This document shows positions 22,291 through 35,536 of a DNA stretch of 64,000 nt, piece after piece. The stretch comes from Ginglymostoma cirratum. Its lineage: Eukaryota. A model generated the notes under the pieces. That model had not been told where the DNA came from. It ran no database searches and saw nothing but the letters and a program-made list of their open reading frames with translations. The stretch covers positions 6,667,826 to 6,731,825 of the forward strand of contig JAHRHZ010000091.1 in the NCBI GenBank assembly GCA_024137785.1, given 5' to 3'. The translations under genes were made by a program, and so were the position numbers. Numbering within the stretch: the stretch's first letter is position 1; each line of letters opens with the position of its first letter.

Positions 22291-24999
22291 GACTATTATA
22301 TAGAATATCCTTTTAATCCTCAACTGAGTACATGGTGTACAGAATGCACTACATGCTACTTGGGTATGAAAGTACATTAGAAATACTTAAATGCGTTGCT
22401 ATTTTCTTTTAAACTATAGGATAATCACCATAGGAACTATTTATTTGTTCACTAGGGTGTGATCACTGGAATTCGGGATCAAGGCAGGTAGGAAGTTTAT
22501 TTTATACCTAGGTGTACTGTAAATGACCACTGGGTGGGGCAAAAACTGTAATCCACTAAATGTCTCCAGTCCTAACACCGAAGTGAAAGAATTAATTCAT
22601 TTTTTCCTCAAATTGATATTAAATCTGTTTCGTGCACACATTTTAAAAGCAACTGAGCATTTGAACACAACCTATCAATACAGCAAAATAACAAATGGAT
22701 TGTATTGAATTTTTTGCTTACACACACATACTCCCAATTTTATAATAAATTGGCAACGCAGGTATGTTTTTAACATAAGCAAAATTGATGAATTGCTCAT
22801 CTGTCGTTGGAGCCAAACAACCAAGGGGCTTGGTAAATTTAGGATTTTAGTCTTGTTTGGCTCAGTGTAATATATTCCTGGTCTCCGCATCTAATCATAC
22901 CCATCCTTTAATAAAGATTTGTGATCACCTCAACGAAAATGTAAGCTTGCATTTGATTGTGCTATTGAAATGTTTAGAATTTTTCTGCAAGTATTTCACC
23001 AAGTAATTGCTTGTGAATATTTGATAATCCAAGTGCTAAGCAACTGAACTTTATTTGCATGAGAGTATGTATACATGGAAAATTTACACACACATGAGCT
23101 TTGAAACACTATATAAACAACAACCTCCAGTTTGAGAGAAAAATTAGCCCAGCAACAATTAGACTTTTTAATAATCCACTGATTCTATTTAAGACCTCTG
23201 CTCTGTCCAAAAGTCAAATTTTGGGAACAATTTTTGAGATTTTTCTTTCTGACCACCTTTTGAAGGACATGTGCTTTTGCTTGCCTTGCACCTGGATCAA
23301 GGTTGAGAGGATTTTCCACATCTCCCCAGTCGTCTGAAATTGTCAGAGACGATGGACTGGGTCTTTTATGATTCGGCTTTTGAAAGGTTAAGCAAATACA
23401 ACCAATGTGAAGCGCTGATGGTTTTTAAAATGTTTTTTCTTTGCCAACTTTGTATACACTACCAGATTTATAAATATACTTTTGTACTGGGGCATTTTAT
23501 AATTATGATAGATATTCTGCCAAACTTTCATTAATCTTAATGAAGGCACCTCCATCCTTTTCAAAATTGATTCTTGGTTAGGATTCATTCATTTACAAAT
23601 CCATATGAGGGTGACTGTTAGAAACTTTAATTGAAGTTGCTCATTCGCATTAGTGACAATAAATAGGCAGTATTCACTCTCCAAAATTATACTTTGAAAG
23701 TCTTGCTCTGAATTAAAACTGGGTTCATACTTAGAATGTTAGTTCAAACCTTGTTGTGTTGTGTGAATGTTTCGTTTAGTTTTTAACATCTTTTCTTCAG
23801 CTCACCAGGACTTATGTATTTTCTGCAGCTATCATTCTTGTTGGTCCTGTTCTTTTCTCTTTACAATTCCTTGGTCTACTATAATATCCAAATTATTTAA
23901 TTAAGTGGAGCTTAAAAACTGGTAAAGGAGAAGTCTTGCGAAACTTAGTTCAAAGTCTTGAATCAAATGCTGCTATAATCTTTAAAGCTTGCTATGCCTC
24001 ACTTACTGTTTTGTTCGTTTCTCCCACCGTGCACTCTGAAGTGTTTTAGGATATTCTCTAACGTTTAAAATAAGTTACATAAGACAGTTTAGGGAGATAT
24101 GGAGTTCAGTTGTATCTGTGTGGTCCAAATCCATGAAAACTGATGGCACTGCTATTCCGAGAAGTACTTGGGGCATTGATCCTCTCGAATGGAATAATGT
24201 AAGGTTTTTCCTTCAGTTGCGTTTCCATGATTTCCATGTTTCCAAGAGGCATGCTGTATTTCAGAGTTCACGCTGAATTACAGAAATAGTGTTTTACATG
24301 TAGTTTCAACTGTCTGTATGCTGTTACCCTTTAATAGGCGTCTTGGGTATTACTTTTGAACATTTATGTAAAGGAGGACCATTAGCCATCCATTGCTGAA
24401 CTAGTGGTATCAGCATGCTATGTGTCAGGGAACTGTATCTTGAAATTCAGAAAATTCTTATTACAATTGCCAGTACCTCCACAGTTAATGTCCCTTCAAG
24501 TATACAGAAATCTTACATTTTATTTCTTATTGTATACCAGCTGATTAACCTGGTTACTCAATAAATGGTGTCACGCAACATATACTGTTTCCTGCACTTG
24601 GACACGGAATTGAAATGAATGACTTCTAGGCTCCAACTATTTGAACTAACAGCTAAAATCCTGGGTGCATTTCTGAAAAAAAAAATGTTGTGCATAATGA
24701 TGCAGATTAAAATAGATAGCTTTATTGGCTAGGATGATGGGTGAAGGTCTGGTAATATGGGTTTCTGTGGCTTTTTCATCACTTGCCAAAATTGCAGTTA
24801 ATGTGGGACTGCAGAAAATCTCCCATAACAGATTTGTGCCATGTGTATATGCGTATTAAGAATCTTATCCCTCACTACTCAATTAGTGTATCATTGTTTC
24901 TTTCTCCCTCACTAACAAATCTTGGTCTTTGTTAACAACCACTAGTCAGTTTGTCCCACTCATTGCAGCTGTCACATTAGGTCTGCAGTTCCACATGCT

Positions 25000-25350
25000 C
25001 ACCAGTCTCCCAAATATAGAAACAGTAATAATCAACCCGTCCTATCCATAACCTAAAAAGAGCTATCCAGTTTATTCAACCTTCCAACTCTTGGTCCATA
25101 GGCATTTAGGGCATCTCAAGTACATTCCATCTTATTTTTTAAAGAAGGTGAGAGTTTCTGTCTCTACTACCCTTTCAGGTTGAAAACCCTATCACTTTTT
25201 GGATGAAAAGATTTTTTCTAATTTCCCCTCAGATCCTTCCAACAGTTACTTTAAATCTGTAGCCCCTGGATATTGATCTTTCTCCTAATAGAAATAGGCC
25301 TTCCTCTCTGCTCTATGCAGGCCCTTTATACATGCCAGCTAAATCTTTCT
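25000..25350 (-). mobile_element. Degenerate CR1 3' fragment
   Basis: gagtttctgtctctactaccctttcagg; ctttaaatctgtagcccctgg; similar to the piece at ~1850-2150. Confidence 0.55.
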
Positions 25351-25539
25351 TTAACCTAGTGACCCAGTATGGAGCTACAAGATTGAGGTATTGGATAAAG
25401 TGCAACAGAAAAGATTCTTACACAATGTAAGAACATATGGCACTGCCAGTGAATCATTATATGAAAGTGGAGTAACTAACAGGAAAAATATAGCTAATTG
25501 CTTGTAGCTGAGATCATTGGGAATTCAACTGTTTGGTTT

Positions 25540-26405
25540 TATAAATAACTTGGATGAAGGAACAAATTGTATTTTAGCCAAATTTGCTAACAATACAAAG
25601 TTAGTAGGATAGCAAGTTGTGAGGATGTGAATGGTCTGCCAAAGGATATTGATTACAAAAACTAAAATGGCAGATGGAGTCTAATGGGAAAAATGAGATG
25701 TTTTCTGTTTTTCCCCTTGGGCAGGAGATAAAGAATTTAATTTCAAAGAGAATTGCAGAATGTTGCATTTCAAAGGGATTTGGGTATTATGGAATATGAA
25801 TCACCATGTCAGCTTGCAGGGACAGCAAAAAAAGTCAACATTCATTTGCCTACATTGCAAGAGGACTGGAGTACAAAAATAGGGAAGTCTTGTATGTGTA
25901 ATCACACTTAGAGCACTGTGTACAGTATTGGCCTCCTTACTCAAGGAGTGAAATGTTATTAGAAACAGTTCAAAACAAAAAAAATCACTTCTCAGCTGAT
26001 TCTTGGAATGAAAAGATTTGCCTTCTGTGGGAAAGTTGAGCAGAATAGATCTGTAGTCACTGGAGTTCAGAAGAGGGGGCTTGACGGGTTCAGTGCTCGG
26101 AGGATGTTTCCTCTTGGGAGAACATAGGTCTAAAGGAGGATAGTTTAAAAATGGGGGTGGATGAAGATGAATTTATTCTGGTGGTAGGCTTTGAAATTCT
26201 CCTCAGCACAAAGCAGTGGAGACTCTGTCATTGATCATACTCAAGTCTGAGTTACACAGATTTTTGATGAACAAAGGGGTTGAGGGTTATGGAGGATAGG
26301 CAGGAAAGTGTAGTTGAGGCTGCAGTCAGATCAGCCAAGATTCTGTCAAATGAATGAACAGGTTTAATGGGCTGCATGATCTGCTATTTCTAATGATCCT
26401 ATGTA
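25540..26405 (+). mobile_element. CR1 LINE 3' fragment
   Basis: gccaaatttgctaacaatacaaag (AKFADDTK-like), aatggcagatggagt, ggagtacaaaaatagggaagtcttg, gagcactgtgtacagtattggcctcctta, 3' UTR ending ..tcctatgt. Confidence 0.85.
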
Positions 26406-27414
26406 CTGTAACAGAAATAAACTCCAGGTCACAAAATACACCGGTCAATCACAATTACATCATCAAGTCTCCCAGCTACATCCTCAGACAATTCAAACAA
26501 ATTACTTGGATATGACCTTCTCTTAAAATACATGCTGAGTGTTATTGATTAATTCATGCCTCCGTCAAAGAGACCACAATTTTTTCTGGCCAGGTGTTCT
26601 GTTTATTGATTATCGATGTAATATGTGACAGCACTTGTTGTGGTTTGACAGCAAAAAGAATATCTAAACAAAGCATTAGAGGAATCTGTTTTTTCGACAG
26701 TGTATGTTCGTTTGATTCATGCTGGAACCAATGCCAAGAACCAGTGCGTGGAACAGCTTGAAAATGTCTAGACTTGAATCTAGCTAGAATACCTGCTGAG
26801 AAGACATTTGAAATCTTTAACATCCAAGGCACCATTCAAAGGATCTTTGATTTAAAAAAAATTCCCCAAAGAGTGAAAGATATTATTGGCAACCATAACC
26901 ACAATTGTGGTTAGTGTCAAAATCTAGGGGACAAGCAGAAGTACTGAACACATCTGATTTGTGATGGGTGTCAGAGCTACTGAGCATGTAACTGCATTAG
27001 CTAATTATCAAGTTCACTTGGCAAGAATACTGATATTGGGCTGCTGCGGTTGATTAACATGCATGCACTGTTTAATGCAAGGTAACTCTGCTGTGAAATA
27101 GCATTGATAGCCTCAGATGATGATTGAGGTTCCACAAAGGGGATGTATGGCAACCCCTTTTAGAGTTGTGAGGCAAATTATAGAAGCTTTAAATTTTTTA
27201 AAAAATTGATCCTTGGAAGCCATTGACCCGATTTTGAGCAGTGAACCAAAAGCATGTACAATATCTTGGATTAGAGGAGATTCGAATGGAAAAATTTGGT
27301 CCCATGATTGCTAAGTTTTCAAGATAAATGAGAAAAGGTTTACTGCATATAATTAGCTTTCTAGGAATTGGATCCTACGTTTACGCCAATTGTTTTGCAT
27401 TGTAGGGATATGTC

Positions 27415-27625
27415 GAATCACAGAATCCCTACAGTGCAGAAGCAGGCCACTTGACCCATCAAGTCCGCACCAACCCTCTGTGGAGCATCCCATCCTGACC
27501 CACCCTTACCCTGTCCCCATAACCCTGCATTTCCCATAGTCAGTCCATCTAACCTACGTACCCCTGTACAGTATGGGCAATTTAGCATGGTCAGTCCATC
27601 TAACCTACACATTTGGATTGTGGGA
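27415..27625 (-). mobile_element. HE1-type V-SINE, 3' part
   Basis: Matches 44078-44405 (agaatccctacagtg; gggcaatttagcatgg; cacatttggattgtggga). Confidence 0.85.
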
Positions 27626-27994
27626 TAGTTAATATCATCATCAGTGTAAAAGTTGGTGACCTCCATTTTTGGTTTTTAGACCAATGATGACAAATCTAGT
27701 AGTTAGTTTGTGACTAGAGATTAATGTAGAAGTTGCCTGTTAAGTATCGTTCTCCCTCCAAGTTTTATCAGCTACATAAAGATTGACAAGTTGTAATCTT
27801 CCATTGGTTCTAAGAAGCTCTAATACTGTACTTTTGAATGAATATTGTTTTCCCTGTGCAGATCCTATTCTAATGCTATTTGTATCCTCAACATTTTGTA
27901 AAAGCTTGAAACAAAGACATGAATGACTTTTAGTTGACATCGCATAAATAGCTGAAATAATTCTTTATTTTCCAGACAGCTTTAATTTTCAGCA

Positions 27995-28230
27995 AAAATA
28001 AAAAGCTGTGGATGTTGGAAATCAGAAATTGGAAATTGCTGGAAAAATTTGGGTCTAGTCATCTGTGGAGAGAAAGCAGAGTCAACATTTCTAGTCCAGT
28101 GACCCTATCTTCAGAACTGGGTTGAGTGTCCTGAAGAAGGGTCACTGGACCACAACGCTAACTCAGCTTTTTCTCCATGTATGCTGGCAGACATGCTGAG
28201 TTTTCAAGAAATATCTGATGTTTTTGTTCT
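27995..28230. mobile_element. Fold-back PLE-related element (family B) with two divergently oriented hammerhead-like motifs
   Basis: Inverted arms around a ~15-nt spacer. The - strand reads agttCTGAAGAtagggtcactggactaGAAAtGTTgac (28081-28118). The + strand reads CTGAAGAagggtcactggaccacaacgctaac (28131-28162) with the GAAA box lost. Confidence 0.85.
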
Positions 28231-29016
28231 TTTTGGCTAGTCTAACATACTTCGTTGGAGCTGTGGGTGATGGGTTGTGCTGCGAATCTCTTCATGGATA
28301 GTGTTGAGCCAGTGATCATTTCTTGACTGTTAGTGACCCATAACAGGTCTTAACACCTGAGTATTTTACAAGAGGTAGTGTCAGTAAAAATAAAAATTCA
28401 GCAAATTTTAAATAGTCTCTTGAGCCTGGTAGCAGAAATTGAATCCTGCAACAATCAATTTGCACGGAAAGCCTAAAACTGAAATATTTCATTATATTAA
28501 CTTATTCTTGATAACTCCTAATGAGCATTGTGTATTCTAAACTATATAGAAATTATAACATTGCAATGGATTTTTGTCCCAATCAGTCTACATTGGTATT
28601 GTTCTCCATACAGAATAGTCCAAATCCCCTATGCTTGCCTTTCTTTCATCTAGGTAAGCTTAAAACTTGAAGTCATCTCTGCCACACAGTCTAACGGTAC
28701 AGCCTTCTGAGAGAGAGAAACTTTTTCTCAAGTTTTCATACTTTCTTAATATAAGAATATTTTACTCCGTTTATGCTATGGCCTCCTACATCCCCTCAAT
28801 GGAGTGCAAATTTACCCATAATGCTCTAGCTCTGATTTTTTTTATCATTTTCCTCATTGTTTTTGTTCTTATATTCTGTACTTGCCATGAAATACATTAT
28901 CTAAATGCTTATATTTAGTGACCATGTGAAGTTCCTTTATTCATATAATATTTCATTGTATTTTGTAAATTGATGTTATCGTGCACTCAATTAAAATGGC
29001 TGCTTTTTCTTCAAAG

Positions 29017-29224
29017 TATCAGCAGCACCTTAATGGATATGGACAGTACTATCTCCAGTGGACGCTCTACTCCTGCGCTGATAAATGGTCACGGAAGTAC
29101 TACTTCATCAGGAAAGAATATCACATACAACTGCTGCTGGGACCAATGCCATACCAGTTTCAGCTCCAGTCCAGATTTGGCAGATCACATCCGTTCAATA
29201 CATGTGGATGGGCAACGTGGAGGG
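29017..29224 (+). CDS. AEBP2: AEBP2 coding exon 2 (Ser-rich linker and C2H2 zinc finger 1)
   Basis: Acceptor tttttcttcaaag|. Translates (S)[69 protein letters not shown]. Donor GGG|gtctgt; 208 nt, in frame with exons 1 and 3. Confidence 0.96.
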
Positions 29225-32216
29225 GTCTGTTTTTTTTTTCTCTCTTCCTTTGCCTTTAGATGGCACTGCCAATGTAAAGTATCATTAACGAGCTCTAGTG
29301 GTTACTTCAGTACTCATCAACAAAAATTGTGCTTTTGAATAAAATTACTTTTAGCTGTTTAAATAGCAGCAGATTAGATTGTTGATTGCGTGTATTTGTT
29401 TTTGATTTAATCATGGTGACACAAGTATATTTGTGCTGCATGAAATCTTACCATTCTTCCCTGGTTTGGGTAAATATTAAATAATCCGGTGAGGCTGAGG
29501 CTACTTTCTCCTCCTTCCTCCTTCCCCCTTCCTCCGATAGCATTTATCCTTCTGAAGTAATGAAGCCATTTGTGTTGGCTTGATGAATCCCATGCTCTGA
29601 CTACTTTGACTTTTCTCCTTTGAAGAAGCTGCCAGGTAGTGTGGTGTATATTAGCAGGCAAAATATTGGAGGATTGAACTTCTCATAGGTGGAAAAATAT
29701 CAATATTGTATTTGTAATGCATTTACTTTCGTCCTCCATACTACCTGTTCTAAATTCCTTTACATTTTACATTCTAACTTTCTTGCATCATTAGCCATGA
29801 TGGTGTACTCCTTGCTACTGCATGAAGTGCGACTTGAAAGCTTGGTGACTGTGATTCTACTTCCCAATTTTTGTTGCTACATGCACAGAGGTATTTTTTC
29901 CCTAAAACGAATAGTAAGGATCTGAATTGCTTTTAATTATGTCGAATTATTGAGGATGAAGTCAGGTGTAGGCTTTTGAGACTTCTTGCACAGCACACAA
30001 GGAAACTTGCTGCTTTTGTTTAGACTGGAGATGAACTTAATTCTGGTTTTTAAATTTGACAGAGTATGGTTTTGTTGAAAATAGTTGAATTAGTAAATTG
30101 GATATGTTTTCAGGTATCTTTTCCCCGTACAACAGTGCAGCAGTTCTGTTTAATACGGTCTATTTCACGTGTCAACATAGAACAACATCAAGCATGTAGC
30201 TTGCAAGAGTTACGAAATTAGATTTTTGTGCAAATAACATTTTCTTTTTGGCATAGTTAATCTAATTTCAATTATCATCTGTTTTATTGCTTAACTTGCA
30301 GGTATATTTTTAAATGTCCATCTTTTCTCGCCAATACCTGTGTCTTGAAATAACTTTTTTGTATCTTCAGTGGTTTCTGTCTAGCTTCTTGCCCAGTTTC
30401 TGTGTCACCATCTTTGTACTGCCCACAGCCCAGTGTTCCATCAAGGTTCAATTACTCAAATCACAAGAAGTATAATGCTGCCTGCAATTCACCTTCGTTT
30501 TACAATAGCTTGTTGTGACTTGACATTTGAGAAAATCTAACAGATCCCTAATGATCTTACTAATCAATTGTCTGGAACTTAGAATAGCCTAAATGAAGTT
30601 GTGATTCATATGTTGTCTCATGCAATAAATTTATGTAAAGGTATTTGATTTGAAATATAGGTATTGGGTATTTCACTGCTCCTGAAGATATAGTCAAAGC
30701 ACAAGATATGTAATTGCAAGACTTGCACACCAGTTCACAGAACTTGCTGAAGTTGCAAGGAGCTTTGTATGTCTGAGTTCAAACACCCCTCATCTTACAG
30801 CGCTGCCTTCCTTTTTGTTGTATTTCATGACTATGGATTATTTCCATTCTTGCTCTTTCAATGCTAATTTTTAGGAGTTTTTAGCATTATTGTTGTGGCC
30901 CTACACACTCAAATGCAAAAGGGATTAAACTTAAATCTCTAGAGGCAGACGCCTAAATGTGGTTTATTTGCCATGTGTTGGATCTGGTTGACAGTGTCTG
31001 CAATGTCTAGTTCGCGTCAGTTCCTTCAATATTCTCTTGATTTATATTGCGTCAATTGAATATACATTTGGCAATGATTTTCAGCCACTTGCTGGTTTTT
31101 GACCTGAAGATATGTGTTCCAAATAAGTGCCTCCCTAGACTCGCTTGAGCTTGAAAGTTGGCAAAAAACTCAAACCATAGTTCATTGAATTTAAACTCTG
31201 TATCGTTTATTTATCATGTTAGTTTTAACTTTCACGTAAAATTATCTCCAGCTTGCCATATGCACCTTTGGCTTGACCGTTCCGCTCCAGTACTTTGTTT
31301 AGTGAAATTTGCCCAAACCAGCACAGGAGGTTGCAGGAATTTAACACAAATTACATTCAACATTGGTTTAAAATATTTCATGTTAGGAGTGAATCCTGCC
31401 CACGTAAGTGGCCAGGATGAATTAACTGCCATTGCTATTTTCGTCCTGTGGTCCTTTTGAAGAGGCAGTAAAAATGAAGGCAATTTTTTTCTTTTTGGAG
31501 GGTTTTGAAATCTTAAAGTTATATGACTAATTACTGCAATAACCTAATTAATGGTTATTATTCAAGATGGTTTAATAAGAGGTGGTGGATTGACACCAAC
31601 TTAAATTTTTTTTGTGATTAAATCTAATATCAGCAGTAATTCAATTGTATCAAGTTGCCTTTCTCAAATGTGGCGAGGATATTTTAAAACTTATTTATAA
31701 TTTTATTTTTAGGCAAAAATGTTGTAAAATACCAAATTGCACTGGCTCAAGGCAGATTATACATTTTGGTGATATCCAGATGAGCTTAACATCTGTTTTG
31801 CCAGTGATGCCCAAAGCAGGCCACACTACAACTGATTATCCCACAGTTTTCTTTAAATTCGTATTCCAGTGAGAAAGTTTCAGGCTAAGATTCCATTAGA
31901 ATACCATGTGGAGTGCTTTTCTGAAAAATAATGGGTTGGTGTAAATATGTGAAAATAAACTTGAAATTTAAAACTTTCTGGTGAAAAATGAACATTCAAT
32001 TTGTCAAAATTGTTACCCTTTTCCAGAATGCAGTTCATAAATTCTATTGAAACAAACATTGGTGCACGATTTGAAATTGTTTTACCGCAGTAATCTTTCA
32101 TTTTCAGAATGTTGAATAATTGCATGTCGATTAATGCGCTGATTTTGTTCCTGGATTTGACTTTTTATATATCACACCCTCTTTGTCTTTGTGTTCAATT
32201 TGTGAAATGTAGTATG

Positions 32217-32255
32217 TTCCTTCCTTCCGTCCGTCCGTCCTTCCTTCCTTCCTTC
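32217..32255. repeat. Compound microsatellite (TTCC)n/(TCCG)n
   Basis: ttccttccttccgtccgtccgtccttccttccttccttc. Confidence 0.9.
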
Positions 32256-35200
32256 TGTAATCCCACAAAGTTATGAGAAGTAAGAGAAGAGATACAGAGG
32301 ATTTGATTTACCTCCATTTCCCTGCTTTTTCTCACCAGGGTTGCAGACTTGTTACTACTGCTTTCCAGGTTATAATCATTTAAGATGTAAATAATATTGT
32401 GATAATTTGTGACTTGACGTTTTTTTTAAATAAATTTCTGCTTATGGTGGATTCCCATTAAGAATCCAAGTAAAGGTGCATGCAGCAGAAATACAACGTG
32501 CTACTGTTGAACATAAACATCACATGACCCAATGCGCCATCAGTCAGTGGTATGATTTATATGGAAACCTGGGTCAGATTGATTTAATTTAGTAATTTAA
32601 ATTTATTTTGAAAGTACTGATTTGAGTTATCAAATAGGAGGTGAATTTAGGCTGTGTTGAGACAGCCCTTTGAGGTATGTAGCAAAAGGTGAAGTGGTGG
32701 TGGAAAGTATTGTTGGTGACTTGTATTAAAATTCAGTCATGTTCTGACTTGAGAATTTTTCCCTCTGTACTGAAACTCAGTGTACTAACAGATTGAGTAA
32801 TTTATTTCATTGTTAGTTTGAAGCCTCTTTTGGACATTCCAGTCTCTGGTGTATGGGTTAATGTGGTGATGCAACATATTACAGGACAAAGAAGAAAGCA
32901 TGCACCTTGCCAACAAAAAAAAGTCCTTGTTGAAAATGATCTAATTAAAGAATGTGAAACATGAGATTTGTTAAGTCTCAGCTGTAGAATTGAGCACGTT
33001 GTGGTACATTGAGCATTTAACTGACGGGTCAACGGTGTTTCAGGCTTGATTATACTTGGATAATCAATTTTTTTTAGCTGACTGATGTAAGGAATCCTTG
33101 AATTTTTCAACTGAGTCCTAAGGATAAGATGGTTGTTGCAGAAAAGTTGATACAAATTTTCACTTAGCAATACAAAGGGCCAAAATCATTTCTAGGGTGG
33201 GGGGGTGGGGAGCGGGAAAGGAGCCAGTGCCGAGTTAAGTTAATTTTACTATGTTCAATAAGTATTTGATCCCAACCCAGAAAGCAACTACTCAATTACC
33301 ACAGGTCCAGATCAATCCCCAAGTTAACCACCCATGCAAACTCTTCAGTTTTGCAGCAAGCACAATGAACAGGGGACAGTTTTGTGTTCCGAGGCTGTCA
33401 GTCACGACTGTTCTAGCTGGCAGTGGCTGCTAAATTCAAACTCTGGCCTGGAACATGAATGGTCATGTGGCAATCCAACTAACCATTTAGTTTCTACTAA
33501 ATGGAGTGTATTCAGACATTAAACCATGCTTTTCTTGAGTTTGTAAAGCTTACATATGACTGATCAGTGAAAGGATCTCCGTTATCAAGTCTGTTCAGAT
33601 TGAGGAGCCAGTGATCTGCTAATGTGCCCTCCCCTAGGAATCGTAAGGCAGTGGTTCACTGGAATGTTTCTCATAGGCAAGTTTCTGACCTCCGCTAGTT
33701 ACTTGTGAGGCAGGTGTCTTCATAGAAGGAATGGAAAAACTTGATGATTCATACCTGACACGCTGGGCAAGCCTATTATTGTCCTCCATGTCATTTTGTT
33801 CCATTTCAGAAAGATGATTGCCTGTCACCATTTCACTTAAAAATTAGAATTACATGAATCAGTTCTTCCCACTCTAGTCATTCACAAAATTGCTAGTCAC
33901 TTTGCGCTCTTTGGAAAGAAGTTAATTCCAGGTGATTGCAAGATAACTTTGGCTGTCAGAATCCCTTGATTTGTTTAAGATTTTAGAATATGAACCTCAA
34001 TGCAGCATCTATCTGGTTCTTAAACATGCATTGTCTGACATTTGTTACTCTCCTTGGTGATTATTCCATCATACTTTGTACACAGAATTACTTGGCACTT
34101 ATTGGAATTTTGTTCTTTACAAAGCAATTAATTTCACCCTGACACATTTAAAAGCCTGTCCAAAGTCTTTGTTTCTCTCTTCAGGCAGCTTGTCGGCATT
34201 CTAAGGCCCCCAAGTCAAATATGAGCCTTAAATTCATCCCTTTAAATTGGATCAGCCTCATTATTGATATGTGTGGTGCCTCGAAGCTGGATAATTTTTT
34301 GTATTTTTAGTTGCAGTGCGACCAGGTCGCAATTTCAGAGTAATGTCCTGTGATTTGTTCTGAATTGATCTGATACTATAATCAGGCGTTCTGTTACCTT
34401 CCTTTATTGCTCTTTTAGCGGACATGCTGAGCAACCTTTTGGCTAATATCTCTGGATCCCTTTCAACTTGGCGAGTTCTGTCACATGATTAAGAGTGCCT
34501 CCTATTTTTCTTATTCCCAATGCTTTGTGGTTTGTATTTGTTCTTCGTGTGACGCTAGCCAACTCAAGATGATATCCTGTTGAGTTCTCTGTGTAAGGTC
34601 TTGCTGCCTCTGTGTCTGTCGCTCTTTTCTCTGTTGTTCATCTATATCAGCATGGTGAACGTTACTTAGCAAGCTTATAATCTATGCCCTGGTCGTTGAC
34701 CTGAAATGTAAATTTGTGCATAAAAGATTTCTCTCCTATTGCCTGCCTTAAAATATAGCAGATTAAGTAAAAGACCTGGTATTCACACTTAAATGTGAAG
34801 CATTCTGCTAATTTGAATTCAGAGTTTGAGATAACTGGCTTGAATCAGAAAAGTGTGTGCTGTTTTTTGTATGACTTGCAAATAGTTGCTTATAGAAAGA
34901 ATAAATATTATAAAGATCAATCTCAAAAGCAGCCCAGATTGATAAGATAAAAGCTCTCCCCTCCCAGCTGCGTGAACTTCCTTGTGAAATTATTAGTAAG
35001 TCTCAATTTTGCATGAACAGTACATTGGCTATTCACATCTGAGGGCTCATAACATAAAAATATCAAATTGGTGCAGTACGAGTGCATGTCTGCCTTTGAA
35101 CATGTTGGAACAGTGCAAATGGAACTTTTACTTTGTAGCTGTAGTAAATCGCGTGTTACGATTCAGATGTTATAATGGGAGCCCAGAAGAGAGGGAGTTG

Positions 35201-35351
35201 CTCAGCTGCGAAGTTCTAGCATTCCTTATCTTCTGTTTAATATAAACTGAAATATTTAGTTTTTACTAAAGGACGTAAAGTTGTTCTTGGAATCTTGAAT
35301 GGTGTTCCCTTAAAGTAGTATTTCAAACGTTTGCCAAATTTATATTTTCAG

Positions 35352-35459
35352 GTATTTGTCTGTCTATGGAAAGGGTGCAAAGTGTACAATACGCCATCTA
35401 CTAGTCAGAGCTGGCTGCAGAGGCATATGCTTACGCATAGTGGAGACAAACCCTTTAAG
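35352..35459 (+). CDS. AEBP2: AEBP2 coding exon 3 (zinc finger 2)
   Basis: Acceptor tattttcag|. Translates [36 protein letters not shown]. Donor AAG|gtacgt; 108 nt. Confidence 0.97.
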
Positions 35460-35492
35460 GTACGTGTGAAAACATCCATTCCAAATTCTATC

Positions 35493-35536
35493 AGAGATAA
35501 TAGGAACTGCAGATGCTGGAGAATGAGATAACAAGG
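35493..35536 (-). mobile_element. Short terminal piece of PLE-related family A
   Basis: agagataataggaactgcagatgctggagaatgagataacaagg matches ~20752-20797. Confidence 0.75.
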
